NCBI GenBank assembly: GCA_963751455.1
Contig: CAVVUN010000012.1
Span: forward strand, 128,001-192,000
Length of the DNA: 64,000 bases
Reading direction: 5' to 3'
Source: Nitrospirota bacterium
GTDB taxonomy: Bacteria; Nitrospirota; UBA9217
Numbering within the stretch: position 1 is the stretch's first letter; each line of letters opens with the position of its first letter. A program made the translations under genes and the position numbers. Shown here piece by piece: positions 32,701 through 42,835 of the stretch. The notes beneath the pieces were generated by a model. The model was not told the origin of the DNA and made no database searches. It worked only from the letters and a program-made list of their open reading frames with translations.

Positions 32701-34665
32701 GAGCTGGTTCACGACGTCGAAGATATGCTCCTCGATTGCCTCTTTTGACAGTTGAGACACCATGAGCCGCCCGATCCGGAGGTGCAGCCCCGCCCGATCC
32801 TTTTCAGGCACGAGCGAATAGGCCGCCTCTTGAACCCGGTCATGCAGAAACATATGGATACCATTGAGGCGCACAAGCAAACCTTCCTTGACCGCCTCGC
32901 CAAGGGACTCCCGGGTCTCCTCGTCCGGCATCCTGCTGATAATGGTGAGGGTGCGAAGATCGAACGTGTTGCCGATGCAGGCTGCAAGTCGCATCTCCTG
33001 CAGAGTTCTCTCTGAGAGCCTTTTCAGTTTTCCGACCATAAGATCAACCACATTGTCTGCGTAGCCCTTGTCGCGGATACGGAAGATGTCCCATTTCCAG
33101 CCATGTTCCGTGGTGTCGAATTCCACCAGCCCTTCATCATAAAGTGTTTTCAAAAACTGAATCACGAAAAAAGGATTGCCCGCTGTCTTTTCATAAACCA
33201 GCTTCGTCAGCGGTTCAACCCGTTGTTTATCGGAGCGAAAGGCGTCGGTCAGGAGATTACTCAGGTCATCCATTGACAAAGGAGAAAGAGTGACGGATCT
33301 CACAATCGTCCCGCTTTTGCGGATATCGTCCAGGGACGAGATCAAGGGATGCGAGGAACTCACCTCGTTATCCCGAAAGGCTCCGATCTGAAGTAAATAT
33401 CTTGACTCCGGATGGGTGATGATATATTCGAGGAGTTTAAGGCTGGCTGAGTCTACCCATTGAAGGTCATCGAGAAAGATGACAAGAGGATGTTCCTTCC
33501 TCGCAAACACATCGACGAATTGCCGGAAGAACATGTTGAACCGGTTCTGCGCTTCAGACAGCGGAAGTTCAGGAACAGGCTGCTGTTTGCCGATGATCAG
33601 CTCGACTTCCGGAATAACATCAACGATAAGCTGACCGTTCATGCCGACAGATTCCTGAATCCGTTGCTTCCAGCCGGCAATCCGTTCCTCGCTCTCGGTC
33701 AAAATATGACGGATCAGTTCGCGGAAAGCTTCGGCAAGCGTTGAGTAAGGAATATTGCGTTTGAATTGATCGAATTTGCCGGAGATAAAAAAGCCGCGCT
33801 CACGGACAACTGGCTTGTACAATTCCCGGATGAGCGAGGTCTTGCCGATGCCGGCATAGCCGGCAACCATTATCAATTCGGGCGTCCCCCGCTCGACTAC
33901 GCGGTTGAATGCGTTCATGAGCGTTTCGATGTCCCTTTCACGGCCATAGAGCTTCTGGGGGATCAGCAGTCGGTCTGATATGTCCTCTTCTCCCAGGGGG
34001 AATGGTCGGATCTTTTTCGTGGCTTCCCATTGTTCGAGGCATTTATCGAGGTCGGCTTTCAGGCCCGAAGCCGTCTGGTAGCGTTCTTCAGCGTTCTTGG
34101 CGAGGAGCTTCATTACGATAGCGGAGAGCATGGAGGGAACTTCCGGAAGGACGTCCCCTGGCGGCCGTGGAGAGCAGGCGATGTGGCAATACACCCATCC
34201 TAAAACATCTTCGGCCTGGAACGGCAATTTCCCGGCGAGCATCTCATAAAATAAAACGCCGAGCGAATACAAGTCAGTGCGATGGTCGACAGGACGATTC
34301 ATGCGGCCCGTCTGCTCGGGGGAGATGTATTCCGGCGCTCCCCCGCTCACCCCACCCTCTCCCCTCTGGGGGAAGTGAAGGTTCGTATAGGAAGGGACAA
34401 AGTGTGAGGGGCCGACCTGAGAGGCTGCTGAGAAGCCGGTGATCGTGACGTCGCCGTTTTGCGGATTGATGAGGATAGTACGGGGATTGAGATTATAATG
34501 GATGATATTCTGCTTGTGCAGCTCTGCCACCGCAGCGGTACTCTTTATTGCAAAATGCAGGAATTGTCCCGGTTCCATGGGCGCGCCGGGGAGGGTATCG
34601 AGCGACTGCCGCGTGATGTCTCCCATCCCGCTTGTTTCACTGTTATTGTTACCGACGTCCTTCAT
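29728..34665 (-). CDS. degenerate Ser/Thr kinase-AAA ATPase-GAF-GAF sensor, truncated at the start of a GGDEF domain
   Basis: YISPEQTGRMN, GYAGIGKT, FLDDLQW, two GAF domains, then AYHDLLTGLPNR cut by the MITE. Confidence 0.85.
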   Translation of the reverse strand: MKDVGNNNSETSGMGDITRQSLDTLPGAPMEPGQFLHFAIKSTAAVAELHKQNIIHYNLNPRTILINPQNGDVTITGFSAASQVGPSHFVPSYTNLHFPQRGEGGVSGGAPEYISPEQTGRMNRPVDHRTDLYSLGVLFYEMLAGKLPFQAEDVLGWVYCHIACSPRPPGDVLPEVPSMLSAIVMKLLAKNAEERYQTASGLKADLDKCLEQWEATKKIRPFPLGEEDISDRLLIPQKLYGRERDIETLMNAFNRVVERGTPELIMVAGYAGIGKTSLIRELYKPVVRERGFFISGKFDQFKRNIPYSTLAEAFRELIRHILTESEERIAGWKQRIQESVGMNGQLIVDVIPEVELIIGKQQPVPELPLSEAQNRFNMFFRQFVDVFARKEHPLVIFLDDLQWVDSASLKLLEYIITHPESRYLLQIGAFRDNEVSSSHPLISSLDDIRKSGTIVRSVTLSPLSMDDLSNLLTDAFRSDKQRVEPLTKLVYEKTAGNPFFVIQFLKTLYDEGLVEFDTTEHGWKWDIFRIRDKGYADNVVDLMVGKLKRLSERTLQEMRLAACIGNTFDLRTLTIISRMPDEETRESLGEAVKEGLLVRLNGIHMFLHDRVQEAAYSLVPEKDRAGLHLRIGRLMVSQLSKEAIEEHIFDVVNQLNHGMALITSGEERERVAELNLVAAKRAKASTAYASALQYLTAGRALLAEDSWDRRYDLIFSLELHRAECEYLTGELMAAENRLTMLTRRAGNIIDAAAVACAQVALYTTMDRSDRGVSACLEYLRRLGINWSPHPTAEEVRREYERMWRQLGSRPIEELIDLPPMPEPEWGATLDVLTWASSPALFTDYRLFCLIAGRMVNLSLEHGNSDGSCFGYVRLGMVLGPHFGDYRAGFRFGKLGFDLLEKRGVLRFKARTYLDFGHLINPWTRHLRTGVELLHRGFDAAQETGDLTYACYICNCLVTLLLAAGDPLADVQREAERSLAFVRKAKFGLVVDIITGQLRLMRTLRGLTPDFSSFNDVEFDEGRFEQHLEGDPRLAIAACWYWIRKLQARFYAGDYAAAIDAAAKAQQLLWTSPSFFEVAEYHFYGALARTVHYDAVAAEERPRQLQALVAHHEQLKIWAENSPENFLNRYDLVAAEVARIEGRELDAMRLYEKAIRSARENGFVQNEALANELAAKFCSNRGYETSSRAYLREARSCYLRWGADGKVKQLDEQHPWLQEEERAAAARGVKAQIRALDAITVVKASQAISSQILLSNLLDTLMRLVIENAGAQKGSLVLARASTSSARTEKQDELSISAEARVEGDEIKVMQKPGARISAVLPVSIMNYVARTRESVILNDASEQNMFSSDEYIIRNKPASVLCLPLLRRADLIGLLYLENNLMKGAFSADRIAFLEVLASQAAISIENAGLYSDRRRAEDELRKLNRTLTMISNCNQAVIRARDEISLLRDVCRIIVDVGGYYMAWIGFAEHDEEKSVRPVAFAGHEDGYFRLVKITWADTELGRGPTGRAIRTGKPAFAENIPVDADYGPWRAEAARLNYRSSIAVPLITNHAAIGALNLYADRPSAFEPEEVKLLMELADDLVYGIMSLRTREERKQAEETIKYQAYHDLLTGLPNRALFADLLNHEVLQMQRTQHGFIGSYEQ

Positions 34666-34840
34666 GTCCCTCCATTCTAAGTTTCAGAGAGTCACGAGAA
34701 ACTTCTTTAAAATCTTTGTCCTCCGTATACGGTATTATACCTCTTGAACGCTTGAAACTGCATTACATGGCAAGCGTCTGCGACGGAGGACGATTACCCC
34801 TGGCAGCGGATCAAAAGCGGTGAACGGAAAAACAGCTGGA

Positions 34841-35028
34841 TGTAGCGTCTCTTAAATAGATGGTGTTATAAGATAGAGCGACAAATCGCCCCTTATCTCG
34901 TCATTCCGGCTTGTCCGGAATCTTTCCACCCATTCAGAAGGATTCCCGACGCGCTTCGCTTGCGGGAATGACCGTCTTGGGAAAGTGACTATGGCCGCAA
35001 TAACACCATTCGTTTGTGAGACACTACA
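34841..35028. mobile_element. MITE family A (inverted relative to the 3571 copy) with GTCATTCC REP cargo
   Basis: TGTAGCGTCTCTTAAATAGATGGTGTTAT...ATAACACCATTCGTTTGTGAGACACTACA, then CTAG. Confidence 0.75.
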
Positions 35029-35032
35029 CTAG

Positions 35033-35284
35033 TACACCGTAAACTTGGTTCTTACCTCGTCATTCCGGCACGGTTTAAGCCGGAATCCAGGGAAATTTTT
35101 CTTTTACAGTAACTACTCATGTTTTTCTCGCACGAAGCCACAAAGGCACGAAGAAAACTTTAATTTCCGGGTTTGAACCAAAAGACGGATTACCTTTTAA
35201 AATCATACTGGACCCCGGCTAAAATCATGCCGGGGTGACGTGAGAAAGAGGTGCAATACAATCAAGAACTAGTTTTACAGTGCA
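35033..35284. mobile_element. MITE family C, CTAG-flanked
   Basis: TACACCGTAAACTTGGTTCTT...AAGAACTAGTTTTACAGTGCA; internal CGTCATTCCGGC...GCCGGGGTGACG pair. Confidence 0.7.
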
Positions 35285-35288
35285 CTAG

Positions 35289-35428
35289 CAGGCTGTTAAA
35301 AAAGTCTTTTAGCCGTCTTTGCGAGCGTAGCGAAGCAATCTCGCAGTTAATAAATCAATAAGTTCGAGATTGCCGCGTCGCGAAAAGCGCTCCTCGCAAT
35401 GACGTAACCGGTGTTTTTCAACAGCCTG
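35289..35428. mobile_element. MITE family D, CTAG-flanked
   Basis: CAGGCTGTTAAAAAA...TTTTTCAACAGCCTG; internal GCGAAGCAATCTC / GAGATTGCCGC REP pair. Confidence 0.8.
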
Positions 35429-38236
35429 CTAGACGAGCAATTTTTCAAATTCCCCGGCCGGAAGAGGTTCGCTGAAAAGGTAGCCCTGCATTTCATCACA
35501 GTCTCTTGAATCCAAAAACGACATCTGATCTTCCGTTTCCACTCCCTCCGCCACCACTTTCAGCTTCAGGATGTGCGCCATCGCGATTATTGCATTGATG
35601 ATCGCCTGATAATCACGGTCCTTGGTCGAATAGGCGATGAAAGACTGGTCGATCTTCAGCTTGTGAATAGGGAGTTTTTTCAAGTAGCTCAATGAAGAAT
35701 AACCCGTCCCGAAGTCATCGATGAAAAAGTGGACTCCCAATGCGTTCAACCTGTTCACGTTGCCGGCGGTGAGCTCCGTATCCTGCATCGCGATTGTCTC
35801 GGTAATCTCGATGCCGAGACATTCCGGACGCAGGTTCGTCTCCTTCAATATATCCGAAATCATTTCAGCCAGGCGCGGCTGCTGAAACTGACGGGCTGAA
35901 AGATTGGTCGTTATATATTGCGGCGCATGTCCGGCCGCCTCCCATGCCTTGAGCTGTTCGCACGCGGTTCGCAGCACCCACTGGTCTATCTGGATTATCA
36001 ATCCGATTTCTTCCGCAAGGGGGACAAACTGCATCGGGCTGAGAAGTCCCATTTCCGGATGGTTCCAGCGGACCAGCGCCTCCACGCCGGTCAGCTTCCG
36101 CGTCTTTATGTTCTGCTGCGGCTGATAATATACGACAAGCTCGCCTCGCTCAACGGCCTGGCGAAGCCTGTTCTCGAACCGTATCCGATCGAGCGTCCTG
36201 ATGTTCAAAGCGACGTTGAAGAACTGGTGATTATCTCTTCCCTGGTCCTTTGCGTAATGCAGCGCAATATCCGCGTTCTTGATCAGGGCCTCCGCGCTTT
36301 CACCGTCATCCGGGTAAAGGCTGATTCCGACGCTGGCAGTCAAGCGGAGCTCATGGTGATTAATACGGAAAGGCTTTTTAACGGCTTCCATCAGTTTTTC
36401 CGATATTCTGGAAGCATCTTGAGGATTGACAAGGAGGGGCAGCAGTATAAGGAATTCGTCGCCTCCGATCCGGGCGATTGTATCGAATTCCCGCACACAG
36501 CTCTTCAAACGGACTGCGACATCCTGTATCAGCTTATCGCCTGCCGCATGTCCGAGCGAATCATTGACGTTCTTGAACTGGTCGATATCCAGGGACAGGA
36601 CTGCAAGCTTCTTCCGGACGCGCTGTGTCTGGAGTATTTCATGATTGAGAATATCCAGAAACCGGGCCTTGTTGGATAGACCGGTCAGGAGATCATGGTA
36701 TGCCTGGTATTTAATGGTCTCCTCCGCCTGTTTGCGTTCCGATATATCAAGTATCACCCCGTCGATATAGAGAGGTGCGCCGTCTGCGTCGCGCACCGGC
36801 CTCCCCCGCTCGACAAAATATTTGATGCCCCCCTGTTTGTGCTGGAGCCTGTATTCGACTTCGAAAGGTCTGTCGCTGTCGATCGCTCGTGTCACTTCGC
36901 CGGTCACCCTCTCCTTATCATCACGAAGAATAAAAGGATCGATGGAGCACACCTCGCCTTTTTCCAGTTCCCCGATCGAATAACCGGTCATCTGCTCAAC
37001 CATCTTGTTGAAAAACTGCATCCTGTTTTGTTCCCTCAGATATAGACGGTAGACTATCCCCGGCAGATTCTCTGCGAGTGTCCGGTATGACCCTACGCTC
37101 TCTCTCAGTTCCGCTGTGCGCTCGTCCACCCTCAGCTCAAGCTCATCACGCGCCCTCTCGAGTTTCCCGGTTGCGTACTCGACTTCTTCGGTAAGGCGCT
37201 GAAAGCTCTTATCGAGAATCTCGAGCTGGTCGCCCTTGCTGAACGCCGCGGAAAGACCGCCCAGCTTCTTTTCCGAGAAGTCCGCTATGCGTCTTGTAAG
37301 GCGCTGAACCCGGCGGGTAATCCCCGACATGACGGCCGAGAAGATAACGATGAACAGCAGCGTCAATCCGATCCTGTTCCTTCGCCCCGCGGCGAGGACC
37401 TCCGTGCCCAGGGCCTCATACTCTTTCTTCGATATAAGGGAGGCGAACTCGACAAGAAGGTCGGATGATCCGATATCGAAAAAAGATTTTCCCATAACAA
37501 GATAGTTGCGTTCCGCCTCGCTGAAGATCGTGCCGCCGGGAAGGACGTCGGGCCTGTTGCTTGCGATTACTTTCGCTTCGGACATAAGAACTACGATGCC
37601 CTTTGCCCCGGCAAACCCCTGTGAGTCGGCAAGAAAATCGTCATCCAGGGGGCTTGCAAACATGAGTATGGCCTTTATGCGCCTGCCCTCACCCCCTCCC
37701 TGTTCAAGAATCGGCCCTGCCGTGATGACGAATGGCGTGCCGTCGATACTGGTCATGAGGCTCTGGTTGGAGCTCAACGCCCTCAGGAGACTACCGGGTT
37801 TAAGAAGCGGCTGCGGGAGAGGTTTGGCAATACCCTGATAGACTTCCCGTACGTTTCCGTCTTCGTCCATGAGTATGGCGTAGGAGACGCGGACAAGCCG
37901 CCGCAGTACTGACGGAGCGGGCATCCAGGGGGGGAGCTCATTGTTATAATATTTCATCCTTTTTGCCGCTTTCAGGTCTCTGCCCGACAGGTAATCGGTA
38001 AAGCGTCTCTGCGATATGGTGACCTCCACCGCAGCATTGTAGGCATTGACGTAGTTGTCGAAGCGGACCCTGGCCTCCTGTGCCTGGACAGCCAGCTGCC
38101 TGTTTAGCTGGGCCTCAAAGATGCTCTGGAGTCTCTTGTTTTGAGTGTATTCGAGCAGTCCCCAGGAGAGAAGCGCCGCAGAAACGGTGAGCAGGATAAT
38201 CTTCGGGGTGAGAGGGATTCGCCTGAGAATAGTCAT
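35429..38236 (-). CDS. periplasmic-sensor HAMP-PAS-GGDEF-EAL protein
   Basis: Two TM helices, PAS/PAC, RIGGDEF, EALVRW, DDFGTGYSS. Confidence 0.95.
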   Translation of the reverse strand: MTILRRIPLTPKIILLTVSAALLSWGLLEYTQNKRLQSIFEAQLNRQLAVQAQEARVRFDNYVNAYNAAVEVTISQRRFTDYLSGRDLKAAKRMKYYNNELPPWMPAPSVLRRLVRVSYAILMDEDGNVREVYQGIAKPLPQPLLKPGSLLRALSSNQSLMTSIDGTPFVITAGPILEQGGGEGRRIKAILMFASPLDDDFLADSQGFAGAKGIVVLMSEAKVIASNRPDVLPGGTIFSEAERNYLVMGKSFFDIGSSDLLVEFASLISKKEYEALGTEVLAAGRRNRIGLTLLFIVIFSAVMSGITRRVQRLTRRIADFSEKKLGGLSAAFSKGDQLEILDKSFQRLTEEVEYATGKLERARDELELRVDERTAELRESVGSYRTLAENLPGIVYRLYLREQNRMQFFNKMVEQMTGYSIGELEKGEVCSIDPFILRDDKERVTGEVTRAIDSDRPFEVEYRLQHKQGGIKYFVERGRPVRDADGAPLYIDGVILDISERKQAEETIKYQAYHDLLTGLSNKARFLDILNHEILQTQRVRKKLAVLSLDIDQFKNVNDSLGHAAGDKLIQDVAVRLKSCVREFDTIARIGGDEFLILLPLLVNPQDASRISEKLMEAVKKPFRINHHELRLTASVGISLYPDDGESAEALIKNADIALHYAKDQGRDNHQFFNVALNIRTLDRIRFENRLRQAVERGELVVYYQPQQNIKTRKLTGVEALVRWNHPEMGLLSPMQFVPLAEEIGLIIQIDQWVLRTACEQLKAWEAAGHAPQYITTNLSARQFQQPRLAEMISDILKETNLRPECLGIEITETIAMQDTELTAGNVNRLNALGVHFFIDDFGTGYSSLSYLKKLPIHKLKIDQSFIAYSTKDRDYQAIINAIIAMAHILKLKVVAEGVETEDQMSFLDSRDCDEMQGYLFSEPLPAGEFEKLLV

Positions 38237-39240
38237 CGATCCGGCTCCCCGACCAGTTCGTTTCCCTTGAACTTCCAGCCGGCCTTCCTGAGTTTCGATG
38301 CAGGCGCAATCCCTGATTTAACCGGATCGATGCCCTCGACGGCCCTGAGCAGGTACTCCACGAGGGCCTTCGCCTTTTCGTTTTCAACACCCTTGCCCTC
38401 CCACGTCGTTATATTGTACGTGCGGTAGAATGGGTATTTTTTCGCAGCCAGCGCTTCCCCATCGCCCGGAGAATGACCGTCTATCCTCAACGGCTTAACT
38501 GCGCCCATGTTCCGGTAATGCTCGACCATGCCTAACGTTTCCCAGCCTATCGCCCCCTTGTTTGTTGCGACTGCGGCTATCATATCGGGCATGGAGCCTA
38601 CTTCGTACAGTCTCGGGCTGAAAAGGTCTTCATTTTCAAGAAGACCTCGCCAATGGCCTGGTCTCAGGGGACAGTGAAACCTTGCTACGGGTTTAATTGT
38701 CAGAGAAGGTCCCTTTCCGTTGTCCGTTGTTTTCAACTCGGACCAATTGTGTATCTTGCCGCGAAATATATCCCGCAACTCCCCGGAGGAAACGTTGTCC
38801 ACGTGGTTTTCAGGATGTACCAGAAATGCCTTGGCTACAATGCCAAGCGTATGAAATTTCAGCCCCGGCAGTCTATCCTCCTTTCCCGGAGGGCAGCAGA
38901 AGCCGCCTACATCGACTGCCTTTCGGCTCAGCATTCCGGCCGATATGCCGCAGGTCCCTTCCTTTACGGCCACCCTGATTCCCTTTTCCTTTCCGAATTT
39001 TTCGATCAGCGGCAGGATCATACGGTATACGTCCTGCTCAAGGGTAACAGCTATGTCCGCCTTCCCTGCCCATTCCTCGTACCGTATCTGCTTCGCTTTC
39101 CAGTCGGCTGGCATTTTGAATATTGAAGAAGGGTCAGTAAACGAAGGTCCGGTTAAGGGATCGACGTCTTGCGCCTGAACAAGAGTGCCTAGGAAAATGG
39201 TACTCAAAATGAGGAGCTGTCTGACACTGTGCATTTTCAT
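38233..39240 (-). CDS. PstS-like periplasmic substrate-binding protein, translationally coupled to the downstream sensor
   Basis: Signal peptide, LRDIFRGKIHNW, GAIGW, YPFYR; ATGA overlap. Confidence 0.8.
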   Translation of the reverse strand: MKMHSVRQLLILSTIFLGTLVQAQDVDPLTGPSFTDPSSIFKMPADWKAKQIRYEEWAGKADIAVTLEQDVYRMILPLIEKFGKEKGIRVAVKEGTCGISAGMLSRKAVDVGGFCCPPGKEDRLPGLKFHTLGIVAKAFLVHPENHVDNVSSGELRDIFRGKIHNWSELKTTDNGKGPSLTIKPVARFHCPLRPGHWRGLLENEDLFSPRLYEVGSMPDMIAAVATNKGAIGWETLGMVEHYRNMGAVKPLRIDGHSPGDGEALAAKKYPFYRTYNITTWEGKGVENEKAKALVEYLLRAVEGIDPVKSGIAPASKLRKAGWKFKGNELVGEPDR

Positions 39241-39525
39241 TTCTCTCCCTCATGACCCGGAAACAGACAGGGCCAAAAAGAAAACCATCAGTCGATCAGC
39301 AGTGCGTATTATCATATCCTTACTCGATAAGACCTATAAAACAAAGCTGATCCTGATTTTACCCAAGGCTCACTAATTTTATTTTATCACCAAAAAAGGA
39401 GAAAGAAACGCAGGTGGAATTGTTCCGGCAAATTGTCAAAAAAACGAAGCCGGGCATAAAACGATACCATGTGATAAAGACAGCCTGAGAAGAAAAAAAC
39501 GGCGGGTAACAGAGCCACTCGACAA

Positions 39526-41650
39526 TCAGCCAAGAGTAACTTCTTTTGCTTCACTATCCAGAATGTGCCTCACCGTAGAAAGAAGCGATGATGGTTGAAA
39601 CGGTTTCTGCAGGAATCCATCTATGTCTCTGATCTCTGCTTTTTCGGCAACATAGTTCGTGTAGCCGGATACGGCCAGGATCTTGGTTTTCGGGCGGATG
39701 GTCTTGATTTGTTTGATGAGCTCCCTGCCGTCAAGATTCGGCATGACGATGTCGGTGATAACCAGCGCTACCTGATGTTCCCGGAACAGTTCCAGGGATT
39801 CCTTTCCATCCCTGGCCGTAATCGCCTTGTAGCCCTGGTGTGCGAGGATGTCCTGCATCGCATACAGCATGTCCTCTTCATCATCGACGACCAGGAGCGT
39901 TTCGTCCCCCCTGAGGTTCGCCGTGACTTTTTCCGCTCTTTTTTCAGCGTCCATAACCGGCAGATAAACGGTAAAGACGCTTCCCTTGCCGACCGTGCTC
40001 TGCAGGTCGATGTATCCTTTGTGTTTCTTGACCGCACCGTATACCATCGAGAGGCCCAGCCCTGTTCCCTTCCCTCGTGGCTTGGTCGTGAAGAAGGGTT
40101 CGAAAATAGCGCTCTTGAGGTGGTCCGGGATTCCCTCGCCGGTATCCGTTACGCTGAGTAATACATAAGGCCCCGGCGGAATAAAAGACGGCGTACCGGG
40201 CGTCCCTTTCGCGATCTCCCGGTATGCGGTCTTGATCACGATGCTTCCTTCTTTCCCCGGCATGGCGTCACGCGCATTGACGACGATGTTCATGATGATC
40301 TGCTCGATCTGATTGATGTCGCCCTGGATGAGCGGAATATTGTTGTCGAGTTCAACGGACAGCCTGACCGTCTTGCCGACAACCCGCTCAAGCAGTTTCA
40401 CGGTGTCGTAAACCACTTCGTTCACGTAGAGCGGCAGGAACTCGTAGGTGCTTTTGCGGGCAAAGCCGAGAAGTTTCGAAATCATCTGCCCGGCCTTTAT
40501 GGCTGTATTCTCGATGACTGCCCAGACTGCGCACGCCCCGAGTGTCCAAGCCTTCGCTTGATTGGGCGATTGCCGTATTGCCGAGGATTATGTTCAGGGA
40601 ATTATTGAAATCGTGGGCAATGCCGCCGGCAAGAACGCCTATGGATTCCATTTTCTGCGACTGGAGCAGATGTTCCTGCAGCTGCTTTTTCTCGGAAATG
40701 TCCCGGCAAAAGGACTGTATATACAGCTCGTCGTCGATAACGATCGCTTTTGAACTGACCTCGACGGGGATACGGGAGCCGTCCTTCCTCAGGTGTTTTG
40801 TTTCAAAAACGACCGGCTTGCCGCCCAGTATCTGCCGAATTCTTGCGGTCAGAGCCTCGATGCTGACCTCCGATTCCAGCAGCCGGATGGAGACGCCTTC
40901 CAGTTCGTCCCTTGACCGGCCGTGCATTTCGCATGCTGTCCGGTTTGCGTTTACGATGATGCCGTTCCGGTCGAGGACAATGATGCCGTCGGTCGCGTTC
41001 TCGAAGAGCGAACGGTGCCAGAGCTCGCTCTTGTTCAGCGCTTTCATCGCCTGCTCGAGCTTCGCTTTGTCCTCGATAAGATCGTATTGAAGGCTCAGCT
41101 CGTTCATCATCACGCTTCTGGCTCAAGGTCCGCCAGGAGAGGGCAAGCATGAACGTACAGATCATGAAAATATTGTTGGCGATAAAAACATCGAGGGCGC
41201 GGTGATCGTATCGAAGAAGAAGATGGGGAGCAGATAGATCAGATAGATGGTGATGCCGACGGACAGGGAAAGGAGAAAACCGTACGGTATCAGGCCGAGG
41301 GCAGCAATGATGAGAAGGCACAGGCCGGCGTAGTACGGCGAGGAGTGCCCGCCGAACTGCAGGATCATCGTCTCGATGACCATGGCGGACAGGAGGGTGC
41401 ACACGGTGATAAGGGTGTACTGATAGCGGATGCTCCTTTTTGCCTTGTTCAGGTAGTATCCGCCGACAAGGACCAGTCGTGATGCCCGCCCGGTACAGCC
41501 ATGAAGCGCTTCAGGTTTTCCGGCGTCATGAAGTAATCGGCGATCCCGATAAAAGGAAAGAAGATGATGCCCGAGCAGGAGCATCTTGCTGATCCAGTAC
41601 TGGACGCGCAGGGAGATCTGCTCGTTCAGGTATTTTTCCTTCTCCACCAT
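39526..41650 (-). pseudogene. hybrid sensor kinase (TM sensor-PAS-HisKA-HATPase-REC), about 3 frameshifts
   Basis: SSPYYAGLCLL TM region, LAGGIAHDFNN, NARDAM, FEPFFTTK..GKGTGLGL, VITDIVMP. Confidence 0.85.
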
Positions 41651-42036
41651 GCGATCATTATACTCACCGATGAAAGAGGATGTCAAAAAAGCTCGGCCGG
41701 ACGTCCCTTTGAGGGGAGTACCCGGCCGAAAAATAATTCTAAGAAAAAGGTTTTAACTGCAGGCATGCATGCAATGCACGGCCGCTGATCATGGAATGTC
41801 TGGCAATTTTGAAGCTTTTCCAAAAACCGCGGGCAGCTCTGACGCGAAAGCCGTCGTCGAGCATGCCGCCATAGATCATGAAATAACGTAAATCTGGAAG
41901 CAGCACGGCCGAAGGGGAAGTGCTGCCGGAGCCGTCTGAGCCGCGCTAGATGCTTAAGTTCCAATTGGGCATGCAGAGACGGCCGAGTGCGGGGCGCCCA
42001 AAAAAAAACAAAGGATCCTGAACATCATGCCATGGA

Positions 42037-42364
42037 GTTCACGATCTTTTTCTTTTTTCTGCACCGCCGTTCGCAACGCCGCGCAGACATGACAGGCTAT
42101 CTTTCAGTTTTGCATAGTTATAAAGCTGTCCCTTGCGCTGAGCTTCGCACGCGCATGCACGATTTGTGGTTTGCGACTCTGCTACCGGTCATGTAAAGCG
42201 CGGACGACCTGCACCCAACGACTTCGAGTGCGCAGCGCGAGCGTAGGGCGTACTCACGGGATGCATCGGGGTATGGGAAAGACGAGCAACAAATAACAAG
42301 AAAAATTCTCTGGTTCACGATCCTTCCTCAACGGCGGTGCAGAAAAAGAAAAAGGATCTCGAAC
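42037..42364. repeat. ~35-bp inverted repeats bracketing about 260 bp
   Basis: GTTCACGATCTTTTTCTTTTTTCTGCACCGCCGTT versus AACGGCGGTGCAGAAAAAGAAAAAGGATCTCGAAC. Confidence 0.8.
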
Positions 42365-42457
42365 ATCAGAGATGATCAAGGCGCTTACGCCTATAACATC
42401 GACAAAAGATTGTCGATCTTTAAAAAGAATTTAATGCAAAAACAGGATTATATTGCG

Positions 42458-42727
42458 CTCGCAAAGGAAGGCCAAATCGCCGGGTTTAAAACCAGACTTA
42501 AAGCTACTTTACGAACCAACATCTTGAGTTTTTAGTCGAGTCAAAACCAAAACCCAATTTTCACACAAAGCCACGAAGCCACAAAGAAGAAAACTGAATT
42601 TTTTGTCTTTCTCCGTGTCTTAGTGGCTTCGTGTGAGATCGTTTTAAGGTTTTACTTTTGCTTTATTGGTCTGAGGCGTAAGACCTCATAAAAGTTTTCT
42701 TTGCGTTCTTTGCGGCTTTGCGAGAGA
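42458..42727. repeat. nested CGCAAAG/CACRAAG-unit hairpin repeats
   Basis: Inner TCACACAAAGCCACGAAG...TTAGTGGCTTCGTGTGA; outer arm CTTTGCGTTCTTTGCGGCTTTGCGAG. Confidence 0.65.
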
Positions 42728-42835
42728 CGCCTTTGACTTTTTGTTGTTATTTCTGTCCCGAAGGGACCATGTCTGCCGGGCGAAGTCCCGGCCGACACAT
42801 AGACTCTTATTTCTTTAAATCTTACAGCTTCTGGT

